From: a phage
Length of the DNA stretch: 64,000 bases
Sequence record: PX667085.1
Strand: one strand, 5' to 3'
Shown one piece after another: positions 9,809-19,631 of this stretch. Every line of letters begins with the position of its first letter. Position 1 is the stretch's first letter. The position numbers and the translations under genes were made by a program. Below the pieces are notes generated by a model that searched no databases, was not told the origin of the DNA, and worked only from the letters and a program-made list of their open reading frames with translations.

Positions 9809-10414
9809 ATGCAACATAGTGTAGTAGTCAACATGCCGAATAGTGGGGATAAATCTTTTGGTGTCCCTGCTAAAAAAGTGTGGAAAGCCCATTTTCATCT
9901 TACTTTATCTAACGTTAGTTCTGAAGAGTTGATGAAAGCAGCTAAGATTATTGGTGCCAAATGCACAACAATTGATTTACATCGGGATACAAAGTCTCAA
10001 CGTGATCGTATGTTAACAAAGTATCAAAGCGATCTCGACACTACTTTAATGTTGCAGTGTGTAGAAAAACTTGAGAATGCAGGTTTCAATGTTGTTCGTT
10101 ACAAACTGGAACGAATGTTTAAACATGTTGCCTGTGTTCTTTTCATGGATCTAAGTAAAGAAAATTACGGAGAAGTTCACATTAAGACTTCAGCAAGTGA
10201 TCCCGAAGTAGAAACAAACTTCTTCCGTATTTCTTCTAATGCTGAAGAAATTGATTACCGATTTTATAATGCTCGCTTATATTCCGCAGAAGATAAGTTG
10301 CGTTTCAATGAAGCGTATGATATGCTCTTGAACAGTGGGATACAGATAAAAGGCTACCACATAGAACAAGTGGTAGTGGACAGTAATCTTAACTTAGACG
10401 CATGGTGGGCTTAA
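9809..10414 (+). CDS. hypothetical protein (201 aa)
   Basis: GAGGAG ribosome binding site; no motifs recognised. Confidence 0.55.
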   Translation: MQHSVVVNMPNSGDKSFGVPAKKVWKAHFHLTLSNVSSEELMKAAKIIGAKCTTIDLHRDTKSQRDRMLTKYQSDLDTTLMLQCVEKLENAGFNVVRYKLERMFKHVACVLFMDLSKENYGEVHIKTSASDPEVETNFFRISSNAEEIDYRFYNARLYSAEDKLRFNEAYDMLLNSGIQIKGYHIEQVVVDSNLNLDAWWA

Positions 10415-10415
10415 T

Positions 10416-11072
10416 ATGACTATTAAACATATCTCTTTTGATGTATGGAACACACTGATCACAGCAAACTCCAATTACGCAGACATGCGAGCCTGGACTA
10501 TCGCAAAATATGGAGATATTACGGAAGTGGAAGCAAGAGCAGCTTATAAAAAGATCAAAAAGGAACTGGATAATGCAGCACTTCAAGGCAAAGCCGAGTG
10601 TGCAGCATATGCCTGGGAAAGACTTGGTTCTGAACTTGGGATAACGCCTTGGAAGTCTGCAAAGCTTCGTTTCGAGTGTGAACAGTGGTTCCTTAAGTTT
10701 CCACCACACGTAGCCGTAGATCTGCCGATGTACTTGCTGTATCTTTCGGGGCGTTATGATTTGAGTATTAAGAGCAACACCAACTTCATATCAGGAGATA
10801 TCCTGCGTCGTGCTTGTAAGTTTGATAGTTGGAATTGTTTTGAGTTCACCCATTTCTCGGATGAAGCTTTACTTTGTAAACCAGATCCGCGATTCTTTGC
10901 TCGCACGCTCACGTATTCTCCGATCCCTCTGTTAGGGCACGAAGTGTTGCACGTAGGCGATAGTGAAGAATATGATGGAAAATGTGTTGACTTAGGATTT
11001 AACTTCTGTCATATTAAGAACCCTAACGACTTACTAGAGAAACTTAAAAGAGGAGAAATTGTAAATGCGTAA
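10416..11072 (+). CDS. HAD-superfamily hydrolase-like protein
   Basis: N-terminal ISFDVWNTLI (HAD motif I, dehalogenase-like variant) and C-terminal HVGDSEEYD. Confidence 0.55.
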   Translation: MTIKHISFDVWNTLITANSNYADMRAWTIAKYGDITEVEARAAYKKIKKELDNAALQGKAECAAYAWERLGSELGITPWKSAKLRFECEQWFLKFPPHVAVDLPMYLLYLSGRYDLSIKSNTNFISGDILRRACKFDSWNCFEFTHFSDEALLCKPDPRFFARTLTYSPIPLLGHEVLHVGDSEEYDGKCVDLGFNFCHIKNPNDLLEKLKRGEIVNA

Positions 11073-11892
11073 TCAAACTCAAATTTTTGCAAATAAATTT
11101 GATGACCTGGAAACTGCTACTTTTGATATCCAAGATTATTCAAAATTGAAATTTGGTAGTAACCAAGCTGCGCGTCGTATGGGTAAAGAATTGGCACTTC
11201 AGTTTTTTGCTCAAGTGGCAATGAAACATATTGGGGAACAATTTGTTATCATTCCTTCTCCTTATAACCATGTGCATAATGCTGCAACAATGATGACAGA
11301 TCATTTTATTAATTATTTTAATATGTTGCAATCACAATATGATCAAGGTCGTTCAGCAGAACTGGACATTATTCATCGTAAAGTTAGCTATATCAACGAT
11401 TATGGTTTCTTGGATAAAGCTAGTCGTAAGAAACTTATTGATGGGGATACATTCTACTGCAACAAAGAATTCTGGGGCGATAAGAAGCTTGTATTCATTG
11501 ATGATGTAAATATCACTGGAACGCATGAAGACAAACTGATTGAGATCCTTGATGAAAATCAAGTTAAAAATGATGTTTACTTCTTGTATTTTGCAAAATA
11601 CGAAGGTAATCAAGCAGATACCGAAGCTAAACTGAATTTTAACTACATTAATACACCAGAAGCGTTTGTTAAAATGATTAATGAAGAACGTGATGCACAG
11701 TGTCTTGTTCGTCCTATTAAGTATCTTATGGGCCAAAATCATGAAGACTTCAAAATCATTCTTAGCCAATTGCCACATTACTATGTAGAGCAACTTTTCT
11801 TTGGATGCTTGGGAGAAGGTTACAACCGAATTTCAAAGTATGCTGAAAACTTTGAATTCTTGGATCGTTACACAAAACAACACATTCTGTAA
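11065..11892 (+). CDS. phosphoribosyltransferase (type I PRTase) family protein
   Basis: PRPP-binding signature LVFIDDVNITGTH. Confidence 0.6.
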   Translation: MRNQTQIFANKFDDLETATFDIQDYSKLKFGSNQAARRMGKELALQFFAQVAMKHIGEQFVIIPSPYNHVHNAATMMTDHFINYFNMLQSQYDQGRSAELDIIHRKVSYINDYGFLDKASRKKLIDGDTFYCNKEFWGDKKLVFIDDVNITGTHEDKLIEILDENQVKNDVYFLYFAKYEGNQADTEAKLNFNYINTPEAFVKMINEERDAQCLVRPIKYLMGQNHEDFKIILSQLPHYYVEQLFFGCLGEGYNRISKYAENFEFLDRYTKQHIL

Positions 11893-11905
11893 TAAGGAGC
11901 TAAAA

Positions 11906-12379
11906 ATGCTTAAAATGAAAACAGGTAATCTTATTGATGCCGCTAAAGCAGGTGAAGTAACTGTTATTGCTCATTGTTGCAACTGTATGTGTAATATGGG
12001 GGCAGGTATTGCCCCACAAATTAAACAAGCATTCCCTTATGCATATGCGGCAGATTTAGACACAAGGGCTGGTGATCAAAGTAAGTTAGGTTCTTTTAGT
12101 TTAGGGGTGCCAGACGAACAATCAGACCCTTTGGTATATAATCTATACGGGCAATACCGTTACGGATACAATGCTAAAGGTCGTCAGTTGGACTATGATG
12201 CACTTTATGATGCACTAATAGCTATGGCTAATGATTTGCTTCTCCGTGACCAAAAATGTAAGATCGGCTTACCTATGATTGGCGCTGGATATGCTGGAGG
12301 TAATTGGGCTATCATCCAAGTGATGATTGAAGAAACTTTAGTAAAAACAGGTCACGATGTGACTATTTATAAACTTTAA
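11906..12379 (+). CDS. macro-domain protein (ADP-ribose-type ligand binding/processing)
   Basis: VIAHCCNCMCNMGAGIA and LPMIGAGYAGG align to the two glycine-rich macro-domain loops; AAGGAGC then ATG at 11906. Confidence 0.65.
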   Translation: MLKMKTGNLIDAAKAGEVTVIAHCCNCMCNMGAGIAPQIKQAFPYAYAADLDTRAGDQSKLGSFSLGVPDEQSDPLVYNLYGQYRYGYNAKGRQLDYDALYDALIAMANDLLLRDQKCKIGLPMIGAGYAGGNWAIIQVMIEETLVKTGHDVTIYKL

Positions 12380-12391
12380 GAGGAGATTAGT

Positions 12392-12613
12392 ATGGGTGTT
12401 TTTGCAGGTATTGTTGCAGTGGTAAGCTTTTTTGTTATTGCTTTTATGCTTAGTTTGATTCCAGCTTGGTTACTGTTGCTGGCTTACAACTATGTTGCTG
12501 AAGTTATGGGTCATGCAGATATCACTGTCCCAGTAACCTTCTGGACCGTGGTTTGTGTTTCGTTTATTCTGGCTGTATTACGAGGAATCTTTTCCTCTCA
12601 TTCAACAAAATAA
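12392..12613 (+). CDS. small hydrophobic membrane protein (73 aa)
   Basis: Two predicted transmembrane helices; GAGGAG ribosome binding site. Confidence 0.5.
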   Translation: MGVFAGIVAVVSFFVIAFMLSLIPAWLLLLAYNYVAEVMGHADITVPVTFWTVVCVSFILAVLRGIFSSHSTK

Positions 12614-12616
12614 GTG

Positions 12617-12644
12617 TTGACATAGTTCTTAAAAAGAGTAAGAT
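12617..12644 (+). promoter_or_regulatory. sigma70-like promoter (TTGACA, 16 nt spacer, TAAGAT)
   Basis: Consensus -35 read directly; -10 matches 4 of 6. Confidence 0.45.
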
Positions 12645-12656
12645 GTATCACATGAA

Positions 12657-12675
12657 GCGGGGAATAGTTCCCCGC
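12657..12675 (+). promoter_or_regulatory. GC-rich hairpin in the terC 5-prime leader
   Basis: gcgggg/ccccgc stem between promoter and ribosome binding site; no T-run follows. Confidence 0.4.
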
Positions 12676-12692
12676 AAAGAGAGGAGAAAAGA

Positions 12693-13667
12693 ATGCAACT
12701 TGGTTTCCCAATTATTGATGTAGTTGTTTTAGTTGGTATTTTGGCATTGTCTATTGGTATCGATTTCTTTGGTCATAAAGAGAATAAAGAAATTGGAATT
12801 AAATCTGCTTTGCTTTGGTCTGTTTTTTGGATTGCTTTAGCTTTAGGATATTACGCATTCATTTGGGTAGAACATGGTAAAGAGTTTGCCGCGCTTTTCC
12901 TAAGTGGCTATGTGTTGGAAAAGAGTCTTTCTGTAGATAACCTGATGGTGTTCATGGCAATTTTTGCAAGCTTTGGAATTAAGAGCACACATCTCCAACA
13001 TAAGATTTTACTTTGGGGGATTGCAGGAGCCATTGTCTTCCGAGGTATTTTTGTTGCAGCAGGGACCGCTTTGTTTAACCTTCATTGGTCGGTCCAAGTG
13101 TTGTTCGGTTTGATTGTAGCTTGGTCTGCCGTGGCTATCATCAAAGGTGGTGACGAAGAAGAGGATATTGATTACTCTAAGCATTGGGCTGTTCGTTTAG
13201 TAGGTAAAGTTCTGCCTGTGCACAATGCACTAGATGGTGAAAAGTTCATTACCATTAAGAATGGTATTAAATATGCAACTCCTGCTCTTCTTTGTGTGTT
13301 TGTTATTGAGCTTACAGATATTGTCTTCTCTTTTGATTCAGTTCCGGCTGTGATCGGTGTGACACAAGAACCTCTGCTAGTTTATTCTGCAATGCTGATG
13401 GCTGTTCTTGGTTTACGTGCACTTTTCTTTGTGTTAAGTGTAGCTGTGAAATATCTGGTTCACTTAGAGAAAGCTGTTGCTGTGGTTCTGGTGTTTGTCG
13501 GTGCTAAACTTATGTATCACCCGTTCGGTGAAACACTTCATGCCAAATGGTCATTCCTCCCGCATGATATTTCCCCTAACGTAAGTCTGATGATTGTTCT
13601 AGGCACATTAGCTCTTGGTGTTATTGCAAGCTTTATCTTCCCTGAAAAAGAAGAAGCTGCTGTTTAA
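12693..13667 (+). CDS. terC: TerC-family integral membrane protein
   Basis: Multi-pass membrane protein with the EKSLSVDN motif characteristic of the TerC family. Confidence 0.75.
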   Translation: MQLGFPIIDVVVLVGILALSIGIDFFGHKENKEIGIKSALLWSVFWIALALGYYAFIWVEHGKEFAALFLSGYVLEKSLSVDNLMVFMAIFASFGIKSTHLQHKILLWGIAGAIVFRGIFVAAGTALFNLHWSVQVLFGLIVAWSAVAIIKGGDEEEDIDYSKHWAVRLVGKVLPVHNALDGEKFITIKNGIKYATPALLCVFVIELTDIVFSFDSVPAVIGVTQEPLLVYSAMLMAVLGLRALFFVLSVAVKYLVHLEKAVAVVLVFVGAKLMYHPFGETLHAKWSFLPHDISPNVSLMIVLGTLALGVIASFIFPEKEEAAV

Positions 13668-13673
13668 TAGATG

Positions 13674-13698
13674 AGCCTCCTTCGGGAGGCTATTTTAT
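13674..13698 (+). terminator. rho-independent terminator
   Basis: agcctcc-ttcg-ggaggct hairpin followed by a T-rich tail. Confidence 0.6.
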
Positions 13699-13709
13699 AG
13701 GAGAGACTT

Positions 13710-14060
13710 ATGAATAATTTTGATGAAATTCAAGAACTTATTTGGGATTTATCTGGTGATGTGGATTACGTTTTAGATTACCTTTCAAAAGTTTACCCTG
13801 GGGTAAGCGTTATGATTGTGACCAAAGATCCAATTAATTTGCCTCCTAATGTTGTAGCTTGTTGTGGAAGTGGTTCAGGAGAAGTAGAGCCTGTATCTCG
13901 TTGGGAATTAACTAAAGCTGTTTCAAAACGAAACGGTGAAGTTTTGAATATTGATATCGAACAAATATGGACTTCTCCAGCAGCCAAATGGAACGATCCA
14001 AATGGTTGGGATTTGTTCTTCTGGGATAATGAAACTGATGATGAGGTATTTTTAAAATGA
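13710..14060 (+). CDS. hypothetical protein (116 aa)
   Basis: ORF with ribosome binding site. Confidence 0.55.
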   Translation: MNNFDEIQELIWDLSGDVDYVLDYLSKVYPGVSVMIVTKDPINLPPNVVACCGSGSGEVEPVSRWELTKAVSKRNGEVLNIDIEQIWTSPAAKWNDPNGWDLFFWDNETDDEVFLK

Positions 14061-14302
14061 AATACTTGTTGGTTGTGTTTGAAAATATCTGTTTTGCAAT
14101 AGGGTTGTTTGTTGTAATTTTTGTATTGACAAGCGTAATCAACGGCAGTAAAGTGAGTTTATACCGAGATGGAGAGCAACTTTATTGCTTCTCTGGAGAT
14201 TTCAAACACAGATGTATTAATAGTCAAAATGAGGAAAGCAAATATGAAAAAACTAGCCCTGATTTTAATTGGTTGTATCTTTTTAACAGCTTGCGAGGAT
14301 GA
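14057..14302 (+). CDS. possible small membrane protein (81 aa)
   Basis: ATGA overlap with upstream stop and a hydrophobic N-terminus, but overlaps the lipoprotein gene by 59 nt. Confidence 0.35.
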   Translation: MKYLLVVFENICFAIGLFVVIFVLTSVINGSKVSLYRDGEQLYCFSGDFKHRCINSQNEESKYEKTSPDFNWLYLFNSLRG

Positions 14303-14681
14303 AACAAATCCTGCACAATACCAACAACCTCCTCAACAATACGCTCAACAAGGATCTGACGGAGATACAACTATTATCAACAATGGTGGCGGTTCTAGTA
14401 GTAGCGGTGTTGGTGAGTTTGCTACAGGTATGTTGTTAGGGCATATGATGAGTGGTGGTAGTAATCGTAACAGTGGGGATTATAACGATAACAGAACGAT
14501 TATTAATAAGCATTATAATACACCTAAACCGAAAACTAATTTTTATGGTAAGCCTAAACAAGAGATAAAAACTTATGAAAAGCCGAGACAAACTTTTAAA
14601 ACAAATAGTAGCTATACAACTCGTAAATCTTACAATAGCCCTTTAAGTAAAAAGAGTTCATCTCGTAGCAAGCGACGTTAA
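14244..14681 (+). CDS. putative lipoprotein, Gln/Ser/Gly-rich
   Basis: MKKLALILIGCIFLTAC lipobox-type signal after GAGGAAA; low-complexity mature region. Confidence 0.55.
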   Translation: MKKLALILIGCIFLTACEDETNPAQYQQPPQQYAQQGSDGDTTIINNGGGSSSSGVGEFATGMLLGHMMSGGSNRNSGDYNDNRTIINKHYNTPKPKTNFYGKPKQEIKTYEKPRQTFKTNSSYTTRKSYNSPLSKKSSSRSKRR

Positions 14682-14695
14682 TAAGGAGAAAAACA

Positions 14696-15289
14696 ATGAC
14701 AATTTCTATTCGTACTTCCATTACAGGTGTTAAAAGTTTGCCTAATGCTTTGCAAATCACACGTGCTTTGAGGGATACGTTCTCTGCTGTGGATGAGCAT
14801 AAGATGCTCGATAATCTCTCAAATTGGCCCTATTTTCATTATTTTAAAAATGAAGACGACGAGTTTATAGACGCTGTTTCTTACGGTTATGATTTCGGTA
14901 AGGAGGTTTCTCCTGAAGAATTTGTAGCTACAGTATTTCCAAACGGTTTGCCTACTCGCAGTAAACGTAAAAAAGGACCAAAAAACAAGAAACGTGCTAC
15001 TAATAAAGCTACCATTTTCTTTACTGATGGCACACAATATACGATTAAAGATTTTGAAGAGGTATCTTATACAGCAGGTGGGAGTCTTTCTTTCTACACC
15101 ATCAAAAAACAAAACTATACGTTCAGCCATGTTTCTAACATGATTGAAATGTTAGTAGAAGATATTGAAAGCGTGGCTGTGTTAGGTATGCATAAAAGCT
15201 TTTTAATTACAAATATTTCAGATTTCAGTGCAAGTTTATCTGGCCCTGATTTTGAAGCCACGACCACGTATTTCGCTTTTAAGGTGTAA
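14696..15289 (+). CDS. hypothetical protein (197 aa)
   Basis: AAGGAG ribosome binding site. Confidence 0.55.
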   Translation: MTISIRTSITGVKSLPNALQITRALRDTFSAVDEHKMLDNLSNWPYFHYFKNEDDEFIDAVSYGYDFGKEVSPEEFVATVFPNGLPTRSKRKKGPKNKKRATNKATIFFTDGTQYTIKDFEEVSYTAGGSLSFYTIKKQNYTFSHVSNMIEMLVEDIESVAVLGMHKSFLITNISDFSASLSGPDFEATTTYFAFKV

Positions 15290-15292
15290 GTT

Positions 15293-15883
15293 ATGCATAC
15301 CGAGAGAGACTTGCAACTCTTGTGGTGGGAAGTGATGCAGGAAATAAAAGAAGATTTTCCTGTTTACTACAACATGTTACGTGAAGCAGGATATAAAGCT
15401 TGTGTTAGAAACAAAGTGAATAACTCTTTCGGTTGGTGCAACTACCGAGATAAAATTGTTGTTGTAAATTGGCACTTGCATAAGAACTCCACAAGAGATA
15501 TGATCGTGGATACAATGAAGCACGAAATTGCTCATGCTATTGATGGTTGTATGGGTAAGTTTAGTAGACACGGTGCTCATTGGCAAAAACTGGCAGCAGA
15601 GTTAGGGGCTAATCCTAAAGCCACTTCCAAAGAGCCGTTGAACCACGAATATAAATATGTTCTTGTTCTGGTAGATAGGTTTGCGACAAGATGTGTTAGA
15701 GGTTATAATCGTAAACCTAATCGCATGTACCCAGGTAAGCAACCTAATATGTGGTTGAAATCAGATAAAGAAGGGACCGAAGGAAAATTATGGTTGTATA
15801 AATGGGACGATTGGGTTAAAGTAGCTAAAGAGTACGGTGTTTCACCATATATAAGAGATGCAGAAGAGGAGAATGAAGAATGA
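15293..15883 (+). CDS. SprT-like zinc metallopeptidase domain protein
   Basis: HEIAH (HExxH) motif in an SprT-like context. Confidence 0.45.
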   Translation: MHTERDLQLLWWEVMQEIKEDFPVYYNMLREAGYKACVRNKVNNSFGWCNYRDKIVVVNWHLHKNSTRDMIVDTMKHEIAHAIDGCMGKFSRHGAHWQKLAAELGANPKATSKEPLNHEYKYVLVLVDRFATRCVRGYNRKPNRMYPGKQPNMWLKSDKEGTEGKLWLYKWDDWVKVAKEYGVSPYIRDAEEENEE

Positions 15884-16992
15884 CAAGTCCATTTTTAAAA
15901 GCAGCTACTGGTGGTCAGAAGAAGCCTGAAATGAGCGTATTTGCTGCAACAACAGATGCAAGTAAATCTGTATTCGCTCCAAGCGTGTTAGATGCCAGTC
16001 CTGTTTATGCACCAGCGGCACCGCAAGAAGTTCCAGTTTTGCCTTCTATGACCCGACAAGAGATTGAAGAGATTGGGGCAGAGGCAGGAACAACCTTGCG
16101 TTCCTTGAATGCCGAGGTGTTAAAACATCAACGTAGTAATCAAGGCGATCAGATGAGTGAACGACTCACAGCTTTGATTAAACAGGCAAAACAACTTGAT
16201 CCAAACTCTATTAAACAAAGCAAGGGTATTACTAAACTCATTAAAAAAGTTATGGGTATGAAAGAAGACCTGTTCGGGGAGTTTGATAATGTTAATAACC
16301 GTATTGAAGAGTTGGTAAAGAACCTTCAAATGGATATTCGCAAAGAAGAAGATTCCTTGGTATATCTTGAAAAGCTACATCAAGCTATTGGACAATATGC
16401 TGCAAGTTTGAACCGAGATATGCAGCTTCTAACAGCAACCTATGAAAAAGAAGAACAAGCTTTGGCTGCTCTTCCAGAAGATGCAGTAGAACAGCGACAA
16501 GTGATCCGAGATACTTTGGATCTTCTGGAGATTCGTATTGCAGATTTAAAAGCATTGCGCCTACTGTGTGTCCAAATGGGACCGCGTGTACAAGGTATGC
16601 AAAAAGTTTCTGCAAGCTTAATGCGATCTGCGCGTAACATAGTAAATAATGTTATTCCTGCTTACTCTGCTAACTTCTCAATGTATATCGAGAGCTTACG
16701 TCAAATGAAAGCAGCAGAGACGCAGAATAACGTTCTTGATGAATTTAACCTGGCAATTAAACTGGGTAGCGATCTTGCCACACAGAATCAGATCGAAGCA
16801 GCAGCACTGGCTAACCGTCAAGTGTTGGATATTGAAACTCTGCGTCACGATCAGGAAAACTTGGTTAAGATGTTGGAAGAAACTAACCGCATCAATACGG
16901 AAGCCCGTGCTGCTCGTGTTGATTATATTAATGAAGTTCAATCTCTGGAAGACGGGATGGTAGCTGCTGTGAAACGAGGGCTTGGTAAATGA
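15880..16992 (+). CDS. hypothetical alpha-helical protein (370 aa; TelA-like is a speculation)
   Basis: Disordered Ala/Pro-rich N-terminus then long helical region; ATGA overlap. Confidence 0.5.
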   Translation: MTSPFLKAATGGQKKPEMSVFAATTDASKSVFAPSVLDASPVYAPAAPQEVPVLPSMTRQEIEEIGAEAGTTLRSLNAEVLKHQRSNQGDQMSERLTALIKQAKQLDPNSIKQSKGITKLIKKVMGMKEDLFGEFDNVNNRIEELVKNLQMDIRKEEDSLVYLEKLHQAIGQYAASLNRDMQLLTATYEKEEQALAALPEDAVEQRQVIRDTLDLLEIRIADLKALRLLCVQMGPRVQGMQKVSASLMRSARNIVNNVIPAYSANFSMYIESLRQMKAAETQNNVLDEFNLAIKLGSDLATQNQIEAAALANRQVLDIETLRHDQENLVKMLEETNRINTEARAARVDYINEVQSLEDGMVAAVKRGLGK

Positions 16993-17186
16993 GAATCCGT
17001 ATCTATATAATTGATGAAGACATTGGTGTCCGTTATGATGACGAAAAACGATTCGCACCGATGGGAGGCATATATCCCCCAAGTGTTCTAGCAGTTTGTC
17101 GTGATTGTTATATTTATGAAGGTTGTCGTAACTTCCGTAAATTCGAACTCCTTGCAGATATTGACTTCAATGAGGAGGAGGAGTAA
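16989..17186 (+). CDS. hypothetical protein (65 aa)
   Basis: ATGA overlap with upstream gene. Confidence 0.45.
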   Translation: MRIRIYIIDEDIGVRYDDEKRFAPMGGIYPPSVLAVCRDCYIYEGCRNFRKFELLADIDFNEEEE

Positions 17187-17359
17187 TGAAAATATTACGA
17201 GTGAATATTGAAACTGCTTGGTGTGGATGCAATGAGGTTGTGGATATCGAAATTGAAGATGATATGTCTCAAGAGGATATAGAAGATCTTGCACACGAAA
17301 CCTTTCAGGATTATTGTAATTACGGGTTCCATATTTTAGAGGAGGAAGAAGATGTATAA
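17186..17359 (+). CDS. small acidic hypothetical protein (57 aa, absent from ORF track)
   Basis: ATG overlaps upstream stop (TAATG); GGAGGAGGAG ribosome binding site; 3-prime end overlaps next start. Confidence 0.35.
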   Translation: MKILRVNIETAWCGCNEVVDIEIEDDMSQEDIEDLAHETFQDYCNYGFHILEEEEDV

Positions 17360-17750
17360 TCCAACAGGTATTCTTTTAAAACTTACAGTAACAGACCCTA
17401 CTCTTTTCACTAAGTTAGCAAGTGGTGAAGTTTATGAAGTAATGAAAGATGGTGACGGTTGGTGTTATCTTTGTGGCTACTTCCTCTGTGATGCAGAAGA
17501 GTTAGAGTCCATTGTAACTAAAGGTTTTTATGAAGAACCAGGGTTCCGTGTGGAAACTACGCAGAAACCTGATACCATTACGCTGACTCGACAGGAACTG
17601 ATCACAATCATTGAAGATGCTTTTATTGATGGCTGGAATACACAAGATAATGACTGGGGTGGACCCGAAGCTTTTCTGGAACATCATAAAGCTTATGGAG
17701 AATTTTGTGAAACCACTGTAGCTCTTGATAATCTGAAGGAGGGTTTGTAA
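17352..17750 (+). CDS. hypothetical protein (132 aa)
   Basis: GAGGAGG ribosome binding site. Confidence 0.55.
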   Translation: MYNPTGILLKLTVTDPTLFTKLASGEVYEVMKDGDGWCYLCGYFLCDAEELESIVTKGFYEEPGFRVETTQKPDTITLTRQELITIIEDAFIDGWNTQDNDWGGPEAFLEHHKAYGEFCETTVALDNLKEGL

Positions 17751-18319
17751 TGGGTTGCTTTAGTTTTCTGTGTAAGGAGTCGGGCAAAGCTGCCCTCTCC
17801 ACCTCTTTCGATGGATCTCCTTGCTATCTCTTTCTACTGAAAGATGGAAAGGTTATCGAAGAGATGCACGGCAATTATGATAGTTATGGGCGTGTCTTCT
17901 CCAGTAAGCAGGATGCTCACGGGAACAGAGAAAGCTTTAAATGGACTATACCTTGGAGCGACGTTTGTGATCTTATGTTCTCTGTAAACCGTGGAGACGG
18001 TATTGCTATGGTTTTAGCAGAACACTTTACAGGAGAAGCCCCCACAGAACGATCCGAGGATGATCCTAATCAAGGTTGGGGAGACGGAGAAGAAGAGGAA
18101 GAAGAGGATTATTTCTACAGCACCGAAAATAATATTTTCAAACGTGTTGACAACCCTTATCATAAAGTGCATAATGTCCTCACTGAAACAGAAGACGACA
18201 AAATGGAAATTGAAGAAGATGATCCTCTTGTAACACTTCCTATAAGTGAGTTACAAAAGATCACTAAGGAAGCTTACGATTTGGGCTTCAAAATTGGTAG
18301 AGGAGGTATGCGTGTTTAG
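17750..18319 (+). CDS. hypothetical acidic protein (189 aa)
   Basis: TAATG overlap; poly-Glu stretch. Confidence 0.55.
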   Translation: MGCFSFLCKESGKAALSTSFDGSPCYLFLLKDGKVIEEMHGNYDSYGRVFSSKQDAHGNRESFKWTIPWSDVCDLMFSVNRGDGIAMVLAEHFTGEAPTERSEDDPNQGWGDGEEEEEEDYFYSTENNIFKRVDNPYHKVHNVLTETEDDKMEIEEDDPLVTLPISELQKITKEAYDLGFKIGRGGMRV

Positions 18320-18590
18320 ATTCAATATTCAAGAAGAAAAAAGTCAAGATTTACCTATTGCTTTCGAAGATCTTGACGTAGGGGCAACATTCATGTATTA
18401 TGATGCCTATGAAGACGCAGGGTTGGATACCTACCGTAACTTGGTGTTCATTAAAAATTCCACAAACAGTGCGATTTGTATTAATGGATCACTAGCACAA
18501 CGAGGCTATACTCATTGCATCCCACCAGATACAAATATGGTGGAAGTAGATTTAGAAGTTACCAATATTACACTTAAGAAGGAGAAATAA
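18312..18590 (+). CDS. small hypothetical protein, cassette paralog A
   Basis: GTG start 5 nt after GGAGG; paralog of 19612-19881 (shared DLDVG.TF, LEV.LTV.ITLK). Confidence 0.5.
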   Translation: MFRFNIQEEKSQDLPIAFEDLDVGATFMYYDAYEDAGLDTYRNLVFIKNSTNSAICINGSLAQRGYTHCIPPDTNMVEVDLEVTNITLKKEK

Positions 18591-18591
18591 T

Positions 18592-19386
18592 ATGTCCGAG
18601 AAAATCAGCCTGAAAAAACGTCAAGAAAACCTTGCTTTCTCTCTGAAAAAGAATAAGAACCTGAATGAAGGTAAGATTGTTCTTCGTGTAGCATGTGCTC
18701 TAGATATTTCTGGTAGTATGCATGGTCTATATTCTAGTGGGGTAGTGAGTGATTTTGTAGGTAAACTGCTTCCTTTTGGTATGCTGTTCGACGATAATCA
18801 ACAAATTGATATGTGGGCCTTCAATACGAGTTCCCAAGAGCTTACTCCAGCAACAGCAGACGTTTACGATGACTATGTTGGTAAATGTATGCGTAATGTT
18901 CGTATCGGAGGTGGAACAAATTACGCCCCTGTAATGGCAGATATCTACGATGAGTATTTTGGCACTGTTACCAAATATATTACCACTAAACAAGTGGTAC
19001 AAGAGGAGGCTCCAAAGAAAGGCTTCTTTAATCGTCTGCTTGGTAAAACTGAAACAGTGTCTGTAGAGCGTGAAAAAGTTGTAGCTGTATCTGAACCAGG
19101 TGCTGACGTTACCCCTGGTGTTGTATTCTTCCAGACGGATGGTGAGAATGGTGATCCTAGTGCTGTTCGTCGTCTTATTGAAGAGAATAAGAATAAACCT
19201 ATTTATTGGTTCATGGTTGGCGTTGGTAATGAGAAGTTTGGGTTCCTGAAAGAACTGGCAAATGCTTATGATAATGTTGGTTTTATTGGCATTAAAGATT
19301 TAGACTTGACAGATTCAGAGCTTTATGACAAACTCTTATCTGAGGAGTTCGGAGAGTGGGTTGTTAAAGTAGGTGCTAAAAAATGA
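18592..19386 (+). CDS. von Willebrand factor A (vWA) domain protein, TerY-like
   Basis: MIDAS motif DISGSM, downstream GGTNY and QTDGENGD; N-terminal KISLKK motif shared with TerD. Confidence 0.65.
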   Translation: MSEKISLKKRQENLAFSLKKNKNLNEGKIVLRVACALDISGSMHGLYSSGVVSDFVGKLLPFGMLFDDNQQIDMWAFNTSSQELTPATADVYDDYVGKCMRNVRIGGGTNYAPVMADIYDEYFGTVTKYITTKQVVQEEAPKKGFFNRLLGKTETVSVEREKVVAVSEPGADVTPGVVFFQTDGENGDPSAVRRLIEENKNKPIYWFMVGVGNEKFGFLKELANAYDNVGFIGIKDLDLTDSELYDKLLSEEFGEWVVKVGAKK

Positions 19387-19631
19387 TCGACGAGCTTGCC
19401 TCTCAAGTCATAGAAAATTATTGGCGCGAGAGAGAAGCTTTCATTATGCGCAGTCTCAAAGAGTATTTCATTGGGACTGTGCGAATGGAAGATATTGTAA
19501 GTAGAGTGGAGATTCATGTATGGCCCGATTATGAAGAATGGGTTGACAAAGAAAATGAAAATGCTATAATTCTTCGTATATACAAACCGGAGATAACATT
19601 AGGAGGAAGAAGTGTTAAACTTCGAAATTGA
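19383..19631 (+). CDS. hypothetical protein (82 aa)
   Basis: ATGA overlap with vWA gene. Confidence 0.45.
   Translation: MIDELASQVIENYWREREAFIMRSLKEYFIGTVRMEDIVSRVEIHVWPDYEEWVDKENENAIILRIYKPEITLGGRSVKLRN

Noticed and set aside
12614-12692. Possible yybP-ykoY-type riboswitch upstream of terC
   Set aside because: The leader is only about 45 nt after the promoter, too short for that riboswitch; only a simple hairpin is present.
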